Below are positions 1 to 14,399 of a stretch of DNA of 64,000 nucleotides, in pieces (positions within the stretch are counted from its first letter, which is position 1; every line of letters starts with the position of its first letter). This stretch comes from Jimgerdemannia flammicorona (Eukaryota): positions 1 to 64,000 of the forward strand of contig RBNJ01000002.1 of the NCBI GenBank assembly GCA_003990765.1. The letters run 5' to 3'. The notes under the pieces are model-generated. The model saw only the letters and a program-made list of their open reading frames with translations, was not told where the DNA came from and made no database searches. Position numbers and translations under genes: made by a program.

Positions 1-2369
1 CCATATCTAGACAAATTCATTGTTGTCTACATTGATGACATCCTAGTCTTCAGCAAAACCCTGGAGGAACATCTTGAACACCTTGAACTAGTACTACTGA
101 AACTCTGAGAAAACCAACTCTTTGCAAAACTCAGCAAGTATGAATTTCTCCTGAAAGAAATTCAATTCCTTGGATATATTATCATGCCAAATAGAATTAA
201 AATAGACCACAGCAAAATCTCTACAATCAAAGATTGGCCCAGACCCAAGAAGCTGAAAGACCTCCAGTCATTCCTGAGATTAGTAAACTATTACAGGCAA
301 TTTGTTGCCAACTTTGCTAAAATTGCTACTACCCTTACCCAAATGACCAAGTATAGCAAGAAACAAGAATAACCCTGAACCATGAAACAAGAGAAAGACT
401 TCAACAATCTTATAAATTGGGGACCCGAGCAAGATACCACCTTTCAAGTACTAAAAGATGCCCTGATAACCACTCTAGTACTTCAAGCAGTGAATTCTGC
501 CCTACTATATGAAGTTACTACTGATACCTCTGACCTAGCTCTTGGAGCAGTACTTATGCAAGAAGGACACCCTGTGGCCTATCACTCCCATAAGTTCAAT
601 GATGCCAAAATTAACTATACAATCCATGAGAAGGAAATGTTAGCCATTGTAGACACTCTGATCAAATGGCAACCATACCTAGAAGGAGTACACTTTACTA
701 TATTGACTGATCACAAATCATTAGTTAATATCAAGACCCAGGCTATCCTTTCTTGAAAGCAAGCCAGATGGATAAAAGTCCTCACCAACTTTGACTATGA
801 AATTCAGTATTGCCCTAGTAAGAAAAATATTGTTGCTGATGCAATCTCCAGACCACCTATTGAAGAAGTTATCTAAATCTCACCTTAGTTACCAATACTA
901 TCATAGAGCAGATTATTACAGCATGTGCCGATGACAAGGAAGCTCAAGCACTCCGAGAAATCCTGAGCAGTGATGATGCTAACAAATATACCCAGTACCA
1001 TCAATACCAACTGAAGGACAATACTATCTACTACAAAAACAGATTGTATGTTCCAAACAACTGAGACCTCTGAAGGAGTATCCTATTTGAATGTCATAAT
1101 GCCCCAATAGCTGGATATTTAGAATTTGACAAATACTATGAAGTTATCTCCTGAAACTTCTATTGGCCCTGTATGGTAGATCAGCTCAAGACCTACATTA
1201 CTTCCTGTGATGCCTATCAATGGAATAAGTCCTCAACACTAGCAAAACCTGGCCTACTCTACCCTATCCCAGTATCATCTGCAAATTGGGAACAAATCTC
1301 TATAGACTTCATTGTACAACTATCCCAAACCAAGAATGAGAAAGATGCAATTGTTGTCTTTGTAGATTATCTCAGCAAACAAGCCTACTTTGTGTCTACT
1401 ACCACTACTGCAACAGTACCAGACATAGCCACACTCTTATTTGACAACATCTTCTACTATCATGGTCTTCCTAAGATCATCATTAGCAACTAAGACCCGA
1501 AATTCACCAGCCATTTTTGAAAAGCCCTCCATGCACACCTTGGAACAAAACTTGCACTATCCACAGCCTTTCACCCAGAAACTGATGGCCAAACTGAAAG
1601 AATGAACTGAACTCTAGAACAAATGCTAAGGAACTATGTTTTCTACAGACAAGATGATTGGCATGAACACCTGATCGCAGTTGAGTTTGCTTATAACAAT
1701 AGCAAGCAAGCCTCCCTGGGAATGATCCCATTCTTTACTAATACTGAACAAAACCCAAACACCTCTTTGACACTTATTCAAACCACTGAAGAACTCTCTA
1801 CAGTCGAAGCTGTTGAAGAATTCTTACTCTGAATGCGCAATCTAAGCCAGATTACCATCAAGAATTTATCACAAGCTCAAGAACAACAGTCACAGTATGT
1901 TAACCAATACCGCTGAGAAGAAACCTTTGATATTGGAGAAAAAGTTCTACTGGATATCAGAGGATACCGAGTTGACAACCTCAAGCACAGATCATCTACA
2001 AAGCTGAACAGCAAGTTCATTGGACCATTTGAAGTCATTACACAAGTTTCTCCAATCTCCTACAAATTGGCACTACCAGACACTATTAAGATTTACCCAG
2101 TCTTCAATGTCCAACATCTCAAGTGATATAATGAGAATGATGATAAACTATTCCCTAACCAAACCCTGAAACCACCTGCACCTATCATTATTAAGAACCA
2201 AAAAGAGTACAAAGTTGAACAAATCTTCAACAAATATGGTCACAAGAACCACCCTGAGTATCTTGTTAAATGGAAAGGTTATCCAATCTATGATGCAACC
2301 TGGGAACCTAAGACCAATCTCCAGAATGCTACTAACTTAGTTCAGAAATATGATTTCTTGAACAACTAA
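1..2369 (+). pseudogene. pol: pol (RT C-terminus, RNase H, integrase, chromodomain) with stops and frameshifts
   Basis: YIDDIL; TDTSDLALGAVL..NYTIHEKEMLAIV; WEQISIDFIVQL; HPETDGQTER; KFIGPFEV; EYKVEQIFNK..EYLVKWKGYPIYDATWEP. Confidence 0.93.
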
Positions 2370-2783
2370 AACCAAATACTCCACACCTATCCATACATAC
2401 TATATATTATCCTCCTGAATACTATAATTATCAAAAAATCAAGAACTCAGCAAAACAAGACAAGAATACTGACTCTCTAAAAAAAAAAAAATAGCAAAAC
2501 TGAAAGCCAGCCTATTCTCTCCATACCACTGATGGGAAATAAGGCATAGACATTTAAGAAGATTCTATAGAGGAAATTCTCTAGCAGTGAATGACATCAG
2601 AATCACTTCTGACACATGGTATTGAATACATAACTCTTTAATGTGTGAATACAACATGTTAGACAACTGTACTACAAGCATGCCACTTTCTGAAAAAATA
2701 GACTTTACTGGACTTTTGATCTCCCAAACAGTGTAATAATACTAGAACAAAATTAGAAGGCCCTGATGAGGATATCAAAAGCT

Positions 2784-2796
2784 AAGAAGGGGAGAG
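2784..2796 (+). promoter_or_regulatory. polypurine tract of copy A
   Basis: AAGAAGGGGAGAG directly upstream of the LTR TG. Confidence 0.85.
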
Positions 2797-2797
2797 T

Positions 2798-4766
2798 TGT
2801 AAGCATATAACCTCCAAGCCACTGAAATCACACACGACCTCCAAACAAATCTGGAAATCACCTGCTTGATCACAAAGCTGAGTCAAACCAAAGTCACAGT
2901 ACATAAAGCTGAGTCAACATAAAGTCACAGAACACAAGATTCACATAAATGGAATCTTACCAATCAGGACCAAATGTATATATACCAAGTACTGAGACAC
3001 ATCGAAACAGAGAACCAAAACAAACAATAACTACAACTTCCAAACACACAGACATGACCACTGAGATCTACAACCATATTCACGCTGATATTTGGAATGC
3101 CATTATCAACTGAGCCACACCTCCTCTATCTCTTATGAATATCCATAGCCTAGCACCCCTCTACTTCATGAAAGCCCAATAGAATGCTCTGAACATACTT
3201 AGCGAGGCCTACTGAATCAGACAAATCTCAAGCTACTACCAGATCGGCCACCTCCTAGAAGACATGGTCGAATACTACCATGATACAGATATTACCCAGA
3301 TGTCTCAACACCAGAAGCTCATCACCTACAAACATCAAGAACTCTTCTACAAGTATAGCACCATTATCCCTGCCTCTGAGTTACCATAGCCGAAATGATT
3401 GCTACTCTGTCCTATAGCCAAATTGACAACATAATACAAGAACTCAACCACAAGTACCTCGAGTATATCAAAATCACAGACAGAACCTTACCCCAATGAT
3501 CATATTCTGTAAATGCCCCAAGTTAGATACACTATGAAGGACATCTATAATATAATCCACTTCGACAAAGATGAAGCAGAAGACAATGATCCCTCTGATG
3601 CCAACATGACCTCAAGCTAAGGATCTCTGCCAACTCTGATCATACCACCAACCTTGTTGATGAACTTATAATAATTCATAACAGCATATAAGACTTATTG
3701 GGACAATGACCACTAGCATGAATACCAACCTGCATTCACCCCTGATTACTTCAACTACAATGAAGAAACTGGAGAACACAACCTATACCTCCAGACAAAC
3801 CTCAAGATCAAACCAACCACTCCACTACCTAAGTATGAGTGATATGAACCACAGCTACCAGCTTACTACAACTCTATGACTTATAGTACTGTAATCTATA
3901 GAAGTATATGAGACAGATGATGCTATCCTGTGGGACAGTGACAAAGTTCCAATGTATTATTACCTCAGCGAACAAGGAGAAGTAATCCACAAATCACTCT
4001 TTCTAAACAACTATTTTATCAGAGATAATGCAATCGATGGTGATATCATTGAAGACTATCCAGACAGTGTCTAAATCTATAAATAGCCCAGCAGTCATAG
4101 TATAGTTAGATTAGCCTTATACGATATGACTGTGAACTAACTCAGCAGTCAGATGATCTCTTGACATATCAGATCACACTTGTACTATGTGACTGCATTC
4201 TGACTCAGCAAGGCACTTAGTACTACATATATCCATATCTAGCATAGTCTAGATAGCCCCTCACTAGTATAAATACCCCCTCCCCCAGACCTCAGAATCT
4301 CAGATTTGAAAGACTTAAACAATCTAAACACAACTCCTGAGTACTTCCCCACAATATCCCTTTATACAACTACTCCTAATATAGTAATATCATGAATAGC
4401 GAATAAACCTATTTAATAATCTATAAACCACTCTTAAGTAAATCTACTCCCTGTTAGGTCCTACTCTTAACTCTATCACGAAATTTCCAAATTGGGTATT
4501 GTCTATAGCAATATGCTGATTCAACTAAGCTGGTCTTAGTTTCTTGAACTTCCTGAAATATGGAAAATCCTGAATATCCAGAACTAGTCCAAAAAAGGAC
4601 TTTGGTTGAGATGTCAACCTGAACTTGAAATCAATAAGCATAGAGGACATACTCCATATGAAATTGATCTTGACCATAAGAAAATGGTCTTTCAGAATAT
4701 CTAGAATTTCTAGAAAACTTTTCTAGAACTATATAATGGTTACTCTAAAAAAGCAACCCTCTTACA
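2798..4766 (+). repeat. family 1 long-type LTR (3' LTR of copy A)
   Basis: TGTAAG/CTTACA terminal inverted repeat; homologous to 22863-24904 and 31216-33262; TATA-like TATAAATA at 4268-4275. Confidence 0.93.
3054..4074 (+). pseudogene. U3-encoded accessory ORF of family 1 LTR (disrupted; ~70-bp deletion near 3905)
   Basis: MTTEIYNHIHADIWNAII...YYQIGHLLEDM...DGDIIEDYPDSV*; same protein as 31877-32974. Confidence 0.7.
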
Positions 4767-5096
4767 AGTATATAATAGCTAATTTAGATAATTCTTAATA
4801 AAATATAATATATATATATTATTAGACAATAGCTCTCTATATATCTTAGCAAAATAGTATGACTGAGTAATTTAACCATATAGCTATAGAGGTGATATAT
4901 AATAACTAATATTACTAAATTAAAATATTTATATTAGATAGAAGTAATTAATATTACAGTATATATATAATTAGTGAATCTCTCAATTATTAAATAAAAA
5001 ATATAGTAATAATGAAGATAAATATTATAGAGATATTGATCATATCTCTGAGGAGTTATAGAGTAAATCTAAGCTAGATATATATATCTTATCTAT

Positions 5097-6677
5097 TATT
5101 ATATACTGGTCACTGAGTCCTTCAAATATGTCAGATTCCCTTTAAGATATATATATCTCTTAGACTAATCATAAGTTTGTTATAAGCAAGTTCTTATTGG
5201 AGTATCTTTCTAAGATCTTATAGTCTTTAAATTTATCTTTAAACTGTCTTATTATCTCTTTAGATTGCTTGTGTAGAATTAAGTATAAGTGAACTTGACT
5301 GACTTTATTTTAAAGGATAAGAGGGATATTTATATAAAATATAATTCAATAGTTACTAAGATATAAAGCTAAATATAAATTCCAATAACTAAATAAAATA
5401 CTGAAATATAGAAAACTTTGGTTGTAAGTATAAATTTGAGTATCTGTACAAATAGTCACATAAGTTCAGAATGTCAGTAGATTTTGATAGTATAGGAAAA
5501 GAATGCTGGTAGAATTTAGTTATATAGAAAAAAGATACCAGAAGATTTCAGTATTACTAAGAACTTAGAGCAAAAAGTTCAGAACTATAGAGGCTTCATC
5601 TTTGCTACTATCATTAAGGCTAGAGGTCAGAAATAGAATATCTTTAAAGGAAATGAGATTGGTGAATATTTTATCTATTTTATATATTTTGTATATATCA
5701 CCAATTAGCAGGATGATATCATTGCTGATGATGTCATTATAGATAATATCATCTCATTTAGTGGCAGAGAAAGCAAGAAGATCTGAGGCTCTCCAATCTA
5801 TGAGGTTCTCTTTTATAAAATAAGAGACAAATATGGGATCTTGAGGAGGTCTAACCTGGATGCTAGAGTTTTAGAATACTGAGATCAATTTCTTATAGAA
5901 ATTAATCTGGATTGTTCTGGAAGATAGGATTCCAGAACTCTTCTACCTCATTACTATTGAGGGTGATAGTGGACTGAGCTTTTGTGGCCACTATAGTCTC
6001 CAGTATATTAGTATGATGAGCTGATAGTTCTTTAAAGTCTGAGACTTTAGTATACTCTAAGTTGGAAATTGACTACAATATATATCTGAAGACCTGATAA
6101 ATCTTCTTCACTATCCTTATTTTATGTACATCTATGGGAGTGGTATCTTGAATCTCTTGGGAACTGGTCTGAGAGAATTCCCAGCAGAGAAGGTTTCCTA
6201 TTTCATACTTCTATCATATCTAGAGATATTCAGTAGTGATAGTAATCCTTGTTTCTATTTTATAGTGATTGAGAATATAATGATAGAGATCATTAGTACT
6301 CAGATTGAGGCTAGAAGTTCTTCTTATATAGATTCTCATGGCTCTTCTAATGTCTTGAAACATTTTTTCCTAGACTGAGAGGTCTTGATGGTTCCTGGAT
6401 CTTGAGGTTTGGTAAGTGGCAGGAATTTTATTTGTGATAAGTCTTTTGAACTATTTCTGTGAGCCTTATTTGAGTTACTGCTACTACAGTTTCTTGATCC
6501 TTTTTATATTTCTCAAGATATCTGTCTTGTAGTCATAATGACTCATGGTTGATCATCATTATTCATATTGTAGTCTGAGTATATTATGCTATATAATCTT
6601 CTTATACTCTGATCTAGTAGCTTATAAGGAAAGGCTATCTCCTGTGATAATATCATTATTCTGAAGTTACTGTTATA
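5097..6677 (-). repeat. family 3 LTR (3' LTR of copy B), carries degraded accessory ORF ~5563-6363
   Basis: Homologous to 12359-13930 and 47095-48572; minus-strand YEIGNLLCWEF motif. Confidence 0.9.
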
Positions 6678-7030
6678 TCTTTCTCCTGAATAAGAATCTT
6701 CTCTTGAATATTCTTATTCATTAATCTAGTCTGAAAAATTTACTGATCCCATAACTTCTGACAGGAGGTTAAAAAGTAGTATTTATGGGCTGACATCTTC
6801 CTTATGTATTTTGGTATGATGGTGAAGAGTTACTCCCTTTATATAAAGCAAGGATCTAATTCTGATCTTAACCAATCAGTTTATAGTTCAAACTCTTCTG
6901 ACTTCAAAAGTCTCATGAATGAGTAATTGCTGGTACTATATCTCTTAGAGAATAGTCTAGACAGATTGCCTGCTGATCATAGGATATGCTGTTATGATTC
7001 ATGGACTAGAACCTCATAGATAGTCATCAT
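6660..7030 (-). pseudogene. possible extra ORF between integrase and 3' LTR of copy B (~120 codons, unknown)
   Basis: ATGATG a few bases after the integrase stop, same position as ORF3 of copy F but no visible similarity; several stops; only one copy to judge. Confidence 0.35.
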
Positions 7031-7042
7031 ATTTTACTTCTC

Positions 7043-10000
7043 TTATATAGATTTATGGTACTTCTTGAGTCTGTTTCTATATACCATAGTAGGCAGTATA
7101 GTTCTTGAGAGTTTTCTAAGCTAGAAAGTAGTTTCCTTAATATCTTATATATAGATGAGTCCTTTCTATTTGAGCTTCAGTTTTTATAACTATGAGGCTT
7201 CTATCATATTTCAATATAGTAGAACCTTTTCTCTAATTTGAATGGGTTCTAGAGCCTTGTGATTCTTTTCCATATTCTTTCTTTTTAGTGTTTATGACTT
7301 GATAATATAATCTTCTGCCTTATTTCTAATTTGATATAGTCTCTAGATTTCTGAGTCAATCTATCTCCAAGTTAGGTCTAGATTTATAATTGAGGTTCTA
7401 TTGGAATCTTCTTCTGCAAAGAGCAGTTCTCTTAGAGTAAAATATATATTCTATGACTATATATCTCATAGAATAGAGAGAGCAGTTGAGAGGTAGTTAT
7501 CCCAATTGTCATATATATCTGAGATCTTTGCTAGGATATTTTTAAGAGTCTTATTAGTTCTTTCTGTCTATCTAATTTCTTGAGGATAGTATGTAGTGGT
7601 CTTGATATGCTAAATCTTGTATTTCTGATATATTATCTTATAGAATCTATTAATAAATTCTGTGCTATAGTCTGTGGTAATTTGCTTTGGTATCTTATAG
7701 CAACAGATAATTTCTTGGTATAGGAAGTTAGCTATAAAGAGAGTATTGGCTTCTTATAATGCTCCTACTTCTATCTATTTAGTAAAGAGATCTACAATAA
7801 CTATAATATAGTGATTTCTTGATAGTGTTACTGGTAGCAGTCTAATGATATCTATTGTAATATAGTGGAAGGAGATAGGCTCAATTCTTGATAACTTAGA
7901 TGCCTGATCTTACTGATCTTATTTCTATTTTTGACACTTGTCACATTCTTTGACAAATTAGTATAAGTTTTCTTCTATCTTAGGCTACCATATAGTTCTT
8001 CTTATCTTATTATATGTATTGATTCCTTTTAAGTATCCTTGTTTATATACTTTCTTCATTACTTGATACTTCTTATATTCAGGTATTATAAGCTTTTCTC
8101 CTTTTCTAAATATAATATTGTTTAGTTCAAATTATTTCCAAGTCTAGTTGATGATGGTAATAGTCCAGAGTTCAAGATGGTTGGACATCTTCTACTGTCC
8201 AAGATAGCTGATTAATCTATAGTATAGCTCTTTATTCATATTGAATAGTCTTAATGGGAGTATTCTTGAGAGTGTATCAGCATTGGCATTAGTTCTTCCT
8301 GAGTAGTGCTTAATAGTACAGTCATACTCTTGCAGTCTATATATCTATCTGGCATATATTCTTTTAGGGTTCAGAGTGTGGAATAGTCAGATAAGAGTAT
8401 AATGGTCTGTTTAAATAGTAAAGTATTTTCTGGCTAAGTAGTAGTAGAACTTATCTACTGCCCAGACTACTGCTAAGCATTCAAGCTTATATGACTCATA
8501 GTTCTGTTCTGCTCTATAGGTGCCTCAGCTTATATAGAAGATAATATATTCATATCTATCTTTCTTCTAAGCTAGAACTACTCTAAGTTCTATAATACTT
8601 GCATCTGTCTACAAGATGAACTCTAGGTTCTAATCTGGTCTTCTGAGGATGAGTGCTTGGGTCAATCTAGTCTTGAGTTCATTGAAGGTTTTTTTTATAT
8701 TTCTTAGTCTATTTAAATTTAGTCTTCTTCTTCAGTAGCTTGTAGATAGGTGCTATAATATTATAGTATCTTTTGATAAATTATCTATAGTAGGAGGCCA
8801 GTCCAAGGAAGGCATAGACTTCTGTAGTTGTTCTGAGTCTTAAGTAGGCTGCAATAGCCTCAATCTTCATGGGGTCTATGTGAATTCTAGTCTGGTTGAT
8901 GATGTGTCCTAGGTAGATAGTTTCCTGAGCTACAAACTTGTACTTCTTGGACTTGATATAGAGGCCATGCTCCTTGAGCTTCTTGAGAGTCAGCTGTATG
9001 TAGTTAATATGTTTCCATATAGTATTGCTGAAGATAATTACATTATCAATATAGATAAAGAGCTATTTTCTAATTTTATTACTGAAGACTTGGTTTATCA
9101 TTTACTGAAAACTTGTTAGAGTATTATACATTTCAAATAGTATTTACAGATAGACATATGTAGTGTCAGATATGATGAAGGCTGATTTCTCACTGATATC
9201 TTAAGTAAGACTAATTTGATAGAAGTCTGAGAATAGATCCAAGGTGGTATAGTATTTGACTTTACTTCTAAAGATGATAAGAATTTCTTGAATATTTGAC
9301 AAGGACTGTCTATCCTTCTTGATGATTGTATTGAGCTTTTTGTAATAAATACAGAGTCTTAGAACAAACTCTCCAGGCTTACTTCCTTTCTTTGAGGTGA
9401 GGATAATGAGTAAAGCCTAGAAGCTAATAGCTTGCTTAATAATATTGGCTTCTTCTATTTCCTTGAGTTCTGCTCACAGCCATTCTCTATAGACAGGTGA
9501 TATAGGTCTGACTTTCTGATAGATGGGCTTGGTATTGCTGGTGTCAACTTTGTAGTAGTACTTGAGTTCTTGATTATGGATATCTCTAAAGTCTGTAGTG
9601 AGTACTTCTTCATTCTGGTATAGAATCTTGAGAAGTTGTTCTTCTAGGGGAAAGTTTTCTCTAATAGTATCTATATACTTATTCTGGTTCTTATCTTTCT
9701 TGTGCTCAAGTTTGATAATCTTGGTAACAGCATAGGCTTCTCTTTCAGTAGATCCAAAGTCTTATTCTTCTCTCTTAGTCTTGATAAGTTTGATGGCTTC
9801 AGTGATCTTAAACTTCTTGACTTTATAGATCAGCATCTGGCCAATTCTGTCATACTTCTTAACTTTGAATAGAGTGATGAAGTTGTAATTCCTAACTATA
9901 AGAAAGATCTCACCAGTATAATCAAAGTCAATTACTCTCCCTTTGACTGAGATTTTGCTTTTGACCAGACTGCTCTTGATCTTGATAATTCCAGTATAGT

Positions 10001-12280
10001 TCTCTGGCAACTTGACTTTAATTCTAGTACCAAGTAGAGTGGTAGTTTGTGGTTCAAGAATAGTATCTTAGATACTGGTAAGATATATTCCTATAGCTCT
10101 TTCAGTCTTATATTCTGGGATCTTGGCTTCAGGATGAAACTTCTTGATCTTGAGAGTGATGTCTGGTTCTTATTTCTCCTCATCATCACTATCAGCTTAA
10201 AGCTCTGGGAGCTGGTTATCTTTTTTGGCTTTTCTTTTTGCTTCAGCAGCTTCTTGTTCATACTTTTATTGATAGATTTTCCTAACTTCACTGATATAGA
10301 ACCAGTAGTCATTCAGATGTTTAGAGCAGTATATTCTAGTATCATGGGGGTGTCTTCCTCAAGATACATAGCTATTAATGATTTTATTATACCACTGCTC
10401 ATCTATGAGCTTGGTTGTCTTACTCTTATTCTTATATACTAAGTACATAAAGACTTCTGTGTCCTCTTCATCTTCTTTCTCTATGTCTGGTAGTACTTCT
10501 TTATAGACATTGATAGAGATTCCTCTATAGTTGATCTGCATCTTTTGGATATTGAGGTCAATGATAGTCTTGGCCTTGTGAAGCCATTGGTTGCCAATAA
10601 GGATATCATAGTTAGTAATACTTGTAATAATCATATGTATCTACTAAGATGGTAGCTCCTCCTATCTTGATGGAGACTTCTCAGATCTTACCTAAGAGGG
10701 TAGCTTATATACTATCTGCTGTGATATAGATCATTTTGATAGACTCTTCAATGTTCCAGCCTAGGCAGTCAATTGTCTTCTTACTTATAAGGTATTCTCT
10801 AGTACTGGTATCAATGAAGTATCAAAGATATAATCTTCAATCTAATATAGAGTATAGGCTGATGTCTTGTACTGGTCTTCAGATTCTTTATCTGAGTTCT
10901 CAGATTCTTCTTGTATATTGTGAGCTTCTATGATCTTATACTCTTGGTTCTTGATAGTAGTTATAAGTCCTACTATTAACTGCTGTCTGAAGGCAGGGAC
11001 TTTGGCTAGTTGTCTAAAAGTAGCATTGATCTTCTGTTTCTTAAAGTTCTTAGAGATATCATACTGGTGAATCTTGGTCTTGTATAGCTTCTGTTCTTCT
11101 TGCTTTCACTTTCTCTTGAGACTAGAATAGTGCTTTCAATAATTTGGTAGGCAGCTTCATCTAACTCTATGTCTTGATCAATCTCCTCAAGTTGGATCTT
11201 ACTTTAAATAATAATAGTTGGAGTCTTCTTTGGTCTTCTAACTGACTTACTGTTGCTCTTCTTATTATAGAGCTTAGACTGGATTCTAGTACCTTCAGTA
11301 ATAGGGTAGAATTCAGACTCCTCATAGTATTCTTCATCATTAGTATCACCAATCTCCTTGATGACTACTGTATTGGTTTGTTCTCTAGTTCTGATAGTAT
11401 TACTTAGTTGGGCTTTATATTTTGTTTTGATTATGCAACTCTTTACATAGTGGCCTTCTTCTCTATATCTGAAGTATATAACATTGCATTCTTCTATAGT
11501 AATTATAAATCTCTGTACTAGTCTCCTGTTGGTACTTCAGACTTCTTTAACAACATTACTAAGGCATATAGTTATCTTGGTAAACTGCTTGGTAAGTTCC
11601 TCCACTAGATCAGCTTTGGCTATCTTGGGGGTAGGTGGGAATAATTGTCTGTTTACAACTATAGTGAGTATAATACTGATTAGCTTTTATAACTCTATCT
11701 TGATGTCAGTTATTTTCTCTATTAAGTATTCAGCAGGGTATCTAGCAGTCTAATATCTCTATACAAAGATCACTTTCTGGTTAAAGGTCAGAGCAGTTGG
11801 GGTAGACCAGATTGCTAGGGCAATTTTAGAGTAAACTCTTTTAAGGAAGATTAAATCAGCTATTTGTTCCTTGAGAGCATTATTATAGTCAGCCAAGACA
11901 ATCTGGTAGCAGATTCAGATATAGAATAAGTTGGAGTCTTTACTAAGTTCTTGGCAGACAGTGTTGAGTTGATCCTTGAGAGCTTGCTTGATATCTTCAG
12001 TATAGTATATAGTTCTGAGGAAGGTCTTCATATTGGCAAGTTTGGCTGCACCAGCATCAGCAATAGTGGCTATATTGAACTTATCTCTAGTAGGTCCTCT
12101 GAGGCTAACTGGTAGAAGGACCAATTATACATCTACAGCAAGAGCTTGTATGGTAGTGAATTTTTCAAAGTCTTTAATGAAGATCAGAATTAACTCTTCA
12201 GTAATATATCTATAGAATGTAAGAGAATATATTTCTATCTTATCTTGAATTCTTATAGGCGTAACTCTTGTAGTCAGGGT
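7043..12280 (-). pseudogene. gag-pol of copy B: gag, zinc knuckle (~11440-11490), protease (~10560-10850), Cys/His module (~10295-10410), dUTPase (~9750-10150), RT, RNase H, integrase
   Basis: YDILIGNQWLHK; KSSL..GRVIDFDYTGEIFL..DRIGQMLI; domain-by-domain colinear with copy F 53521-58692. Confidence 0.88.
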
Positions 12281-12358
12281 AGTTATTGTGGTAGTTATTT
12301 ATTTTTTAGCTTGAAAGTGAAGAATTCATCTTGAATCACTAGTCAATAGGCACCAAGT

Positions 12359-13930
12359 TGTCATATACTAGTTACTGAGTTCTTCAAATATGTCAGATTC
12401 TCTTCAAGATATATCTCTTAGACTAACCACAAGTTTGTTATAAGTAAGTTCTTATTAGAGTATCTTCTTAAGATCTTATAGTTCTCAAACTTCTTATCTT
12501 TAAACTGTCTTATTATCTCTTTAGATTACTTATATAGAATTGAGTATAAGTAAACTTGACTGACTTTATTTCAAAGAAAATAAGAGGAGTATTTATACAA
12601 AATATAATTCAATAGTTGTTAAGATATAAAGCTAAATATAAATTTCAATAACCAAATAAAATACTGAAACATAGAAAACTTCAGTTATAAGTATAAATTT
12701 GAATATCTGTATAAATAGTTATACAAGTTCAAGATGCTAGTAGATTTTGGTAGTATAGGAAAAGAATGCTGGTAGAATTTAGTTATATAAGAAAAGAATA
12801 TCAGAAGATTTTAGTATTATCAAGAACTTAGAGCAGAAAGTTCTGGACTATAGGGACTTTATCTTTATCACTATCATCAAGGCTAGAAGTTGAGGACAGG
12901 ATATCTTTGAAGGAAATAAGATCAGTAAATATTTTATCTGTTTCACATATTTCATATATGTTACTAATTAGCTGAATAATATTATTACTGATGATATCAT
13001 CATGGGTAACATTATCTTATTTGGCAGTAGGGAAAGCAAGAAGGTCTAGGACTCTCCAATCTATAAGATTCTCTTTCACAAAATAAGAGACAAATGTGGG
13101 ATCTTGGAGAGGTCTAACCTGAATGCTAGAGCCTCAGAATACTGAGATTAATTCTTATAGAAATTGATCTGGATTATTCTGAAGAATGGGATTTCAGAAC
13201 TCTTCTATCTTATTACTATTGAGGGAAATAGTGGACTGAGCTTCTGTAGCCTCTAGTACATTGATATGGTAGGCTAATAGTTCCTTGAAGTCTGAGACTC
13301 TAGTATACTCCAAGTTGGAGATTGATCATAGTACATACCTGAAGACCTGATGAATATTTTTTGCCATCCTTATTTCATATACATCTATAGAGGTAGTATC
13401 TTGAATCTCTTGGGAACTGGCCTGAGAGAATTCCGAGTAGAGGAGGTTTTCTATTTCATACTCCTGCTATATCCAAAGGTATTTAGTAGCAATAGTGATT
13501 CTTATATCTATTTCACAGTGATCAAGAATATAATGATAGAAATCACTAGTATCCAAATTGAGGCTAGAAGTTCTTCTTGTGTAGGTCCTTATGGCTCTTC
13601 TGATGTCTTAGAATATTCTTTCCTAGACTGAGAGATCTTAATGGTTTCTAGACCTTGAGATTTGATGAGTGGTAGGTATTTTGTTTGTAATAAGTCTTTT
13701 GAACTATTTCTGTGAGTCTTGTTTGAGTTGCTACTACTGTGGTTTCTTGATTATTTTTATATTCCTTAAGATATCTGTCTTGTAGTTATAATGACTCATA
13801 GTTGGTCATTATTACTTATATTATAGTCTGGGTAAGTTATACTATATACTCTTCTTGTACTTTGATCTGGTAGCTTATAAGGAAAGACTGTTTTCTGTAA
13901 TAATGTCATTATTATGAGGTTACTGTTACA
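12359..13930 (-). repeat. family 3 LTR (5' LTR of copy B), carries degraded accessory ORF ~12826-13620
   Basis: TGTCA...TTACA termini; followed on the minus strand by ACT-TGGTGCCTATTG PBS. Confidence 0.9.
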
Positions 13931-14399
13931 CTATATATATTTAGTTATAAAGCTTATATTCTTAACAAAAGTAATAATTAATATAAGTTTGAGCCTAAGA
14001 TAGATGAGTATATATTTCTTAGATATAATAATAAATTATATAGACTGTGGAATCTATATAAGTATTAAATAGTAATCTTATATAATATTATATTTAAGAA
14101 AGATAATAATAAAAAGATCTATATATATATAAACATCTGTTAAAATATCTATATCTCAGTCAGTACAAATTCAGTAGTTAGCACAATTATATATTATTTA
14201 TATCTCTAACTGCTTTAGTAGTAAAGGAAAATATTTTTCAAATATAGCTAGTTGAAAATTATTTATAGTTACTAGAATTGCCTGAGCTAAGAATAATAGA
14301 AATCAATAATATAAATAATAATAAAGTCTCTAGTAATGAGAGATCTATTAAGAGTAAGGACAAGTAAAAGCTAAAATATAAGCTTAAAAATAAGATACA

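Larger units (their letters stand above)
1..4766 (+). mobile_element. Ty3/Gypsy chromodomain LTR retrotransposon, family 1, copy A (5' part outside window)
   Basis: RT end (YIDDILVFS), RNase H, integrase, GPF motif and chromodomain, then PPT and a 1969-bp LTR bounded by TGTAAG...CTTACA; colinear with copy D (22863-33262). Confidence 0.95.
5097..13930 (-). mobile_element. Ty3/Gypsy LTR retrotransposon, family 3, copy B (full-length, heavily mutated, no chromodomain)
   Basis: Direct LTRs 5097-6677 and 12359-13930; 4-bp TSD CTAT (5093-5096, 13931-13934); PBS at 12339-12355; PPT next to 6677; gag-PR-dUTPase-RT-RH-IN. Confidence 0.92.
4767..14100 (+). pseudogene. Ty1/Copia integrase relic (4767-5096 and 13931-~14100), interrupted by Gypsy copy B
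   Basis: Degenerate QNG..ERxN, W.EA..TA.Y, P.E.W, GC.AY..K..P..C.FLGY..YR.W pattern continuing across the CTAT TSD. Confidence 0.55.

Noticed and set aside
6660-7030. Using 'all stops could derive from C>T' as proof of coding
   Set aside because: Every stop codon is one C>T from CAA/CAG/CGA, so the argument is empty; only cross-copy differences and protein similarity were used
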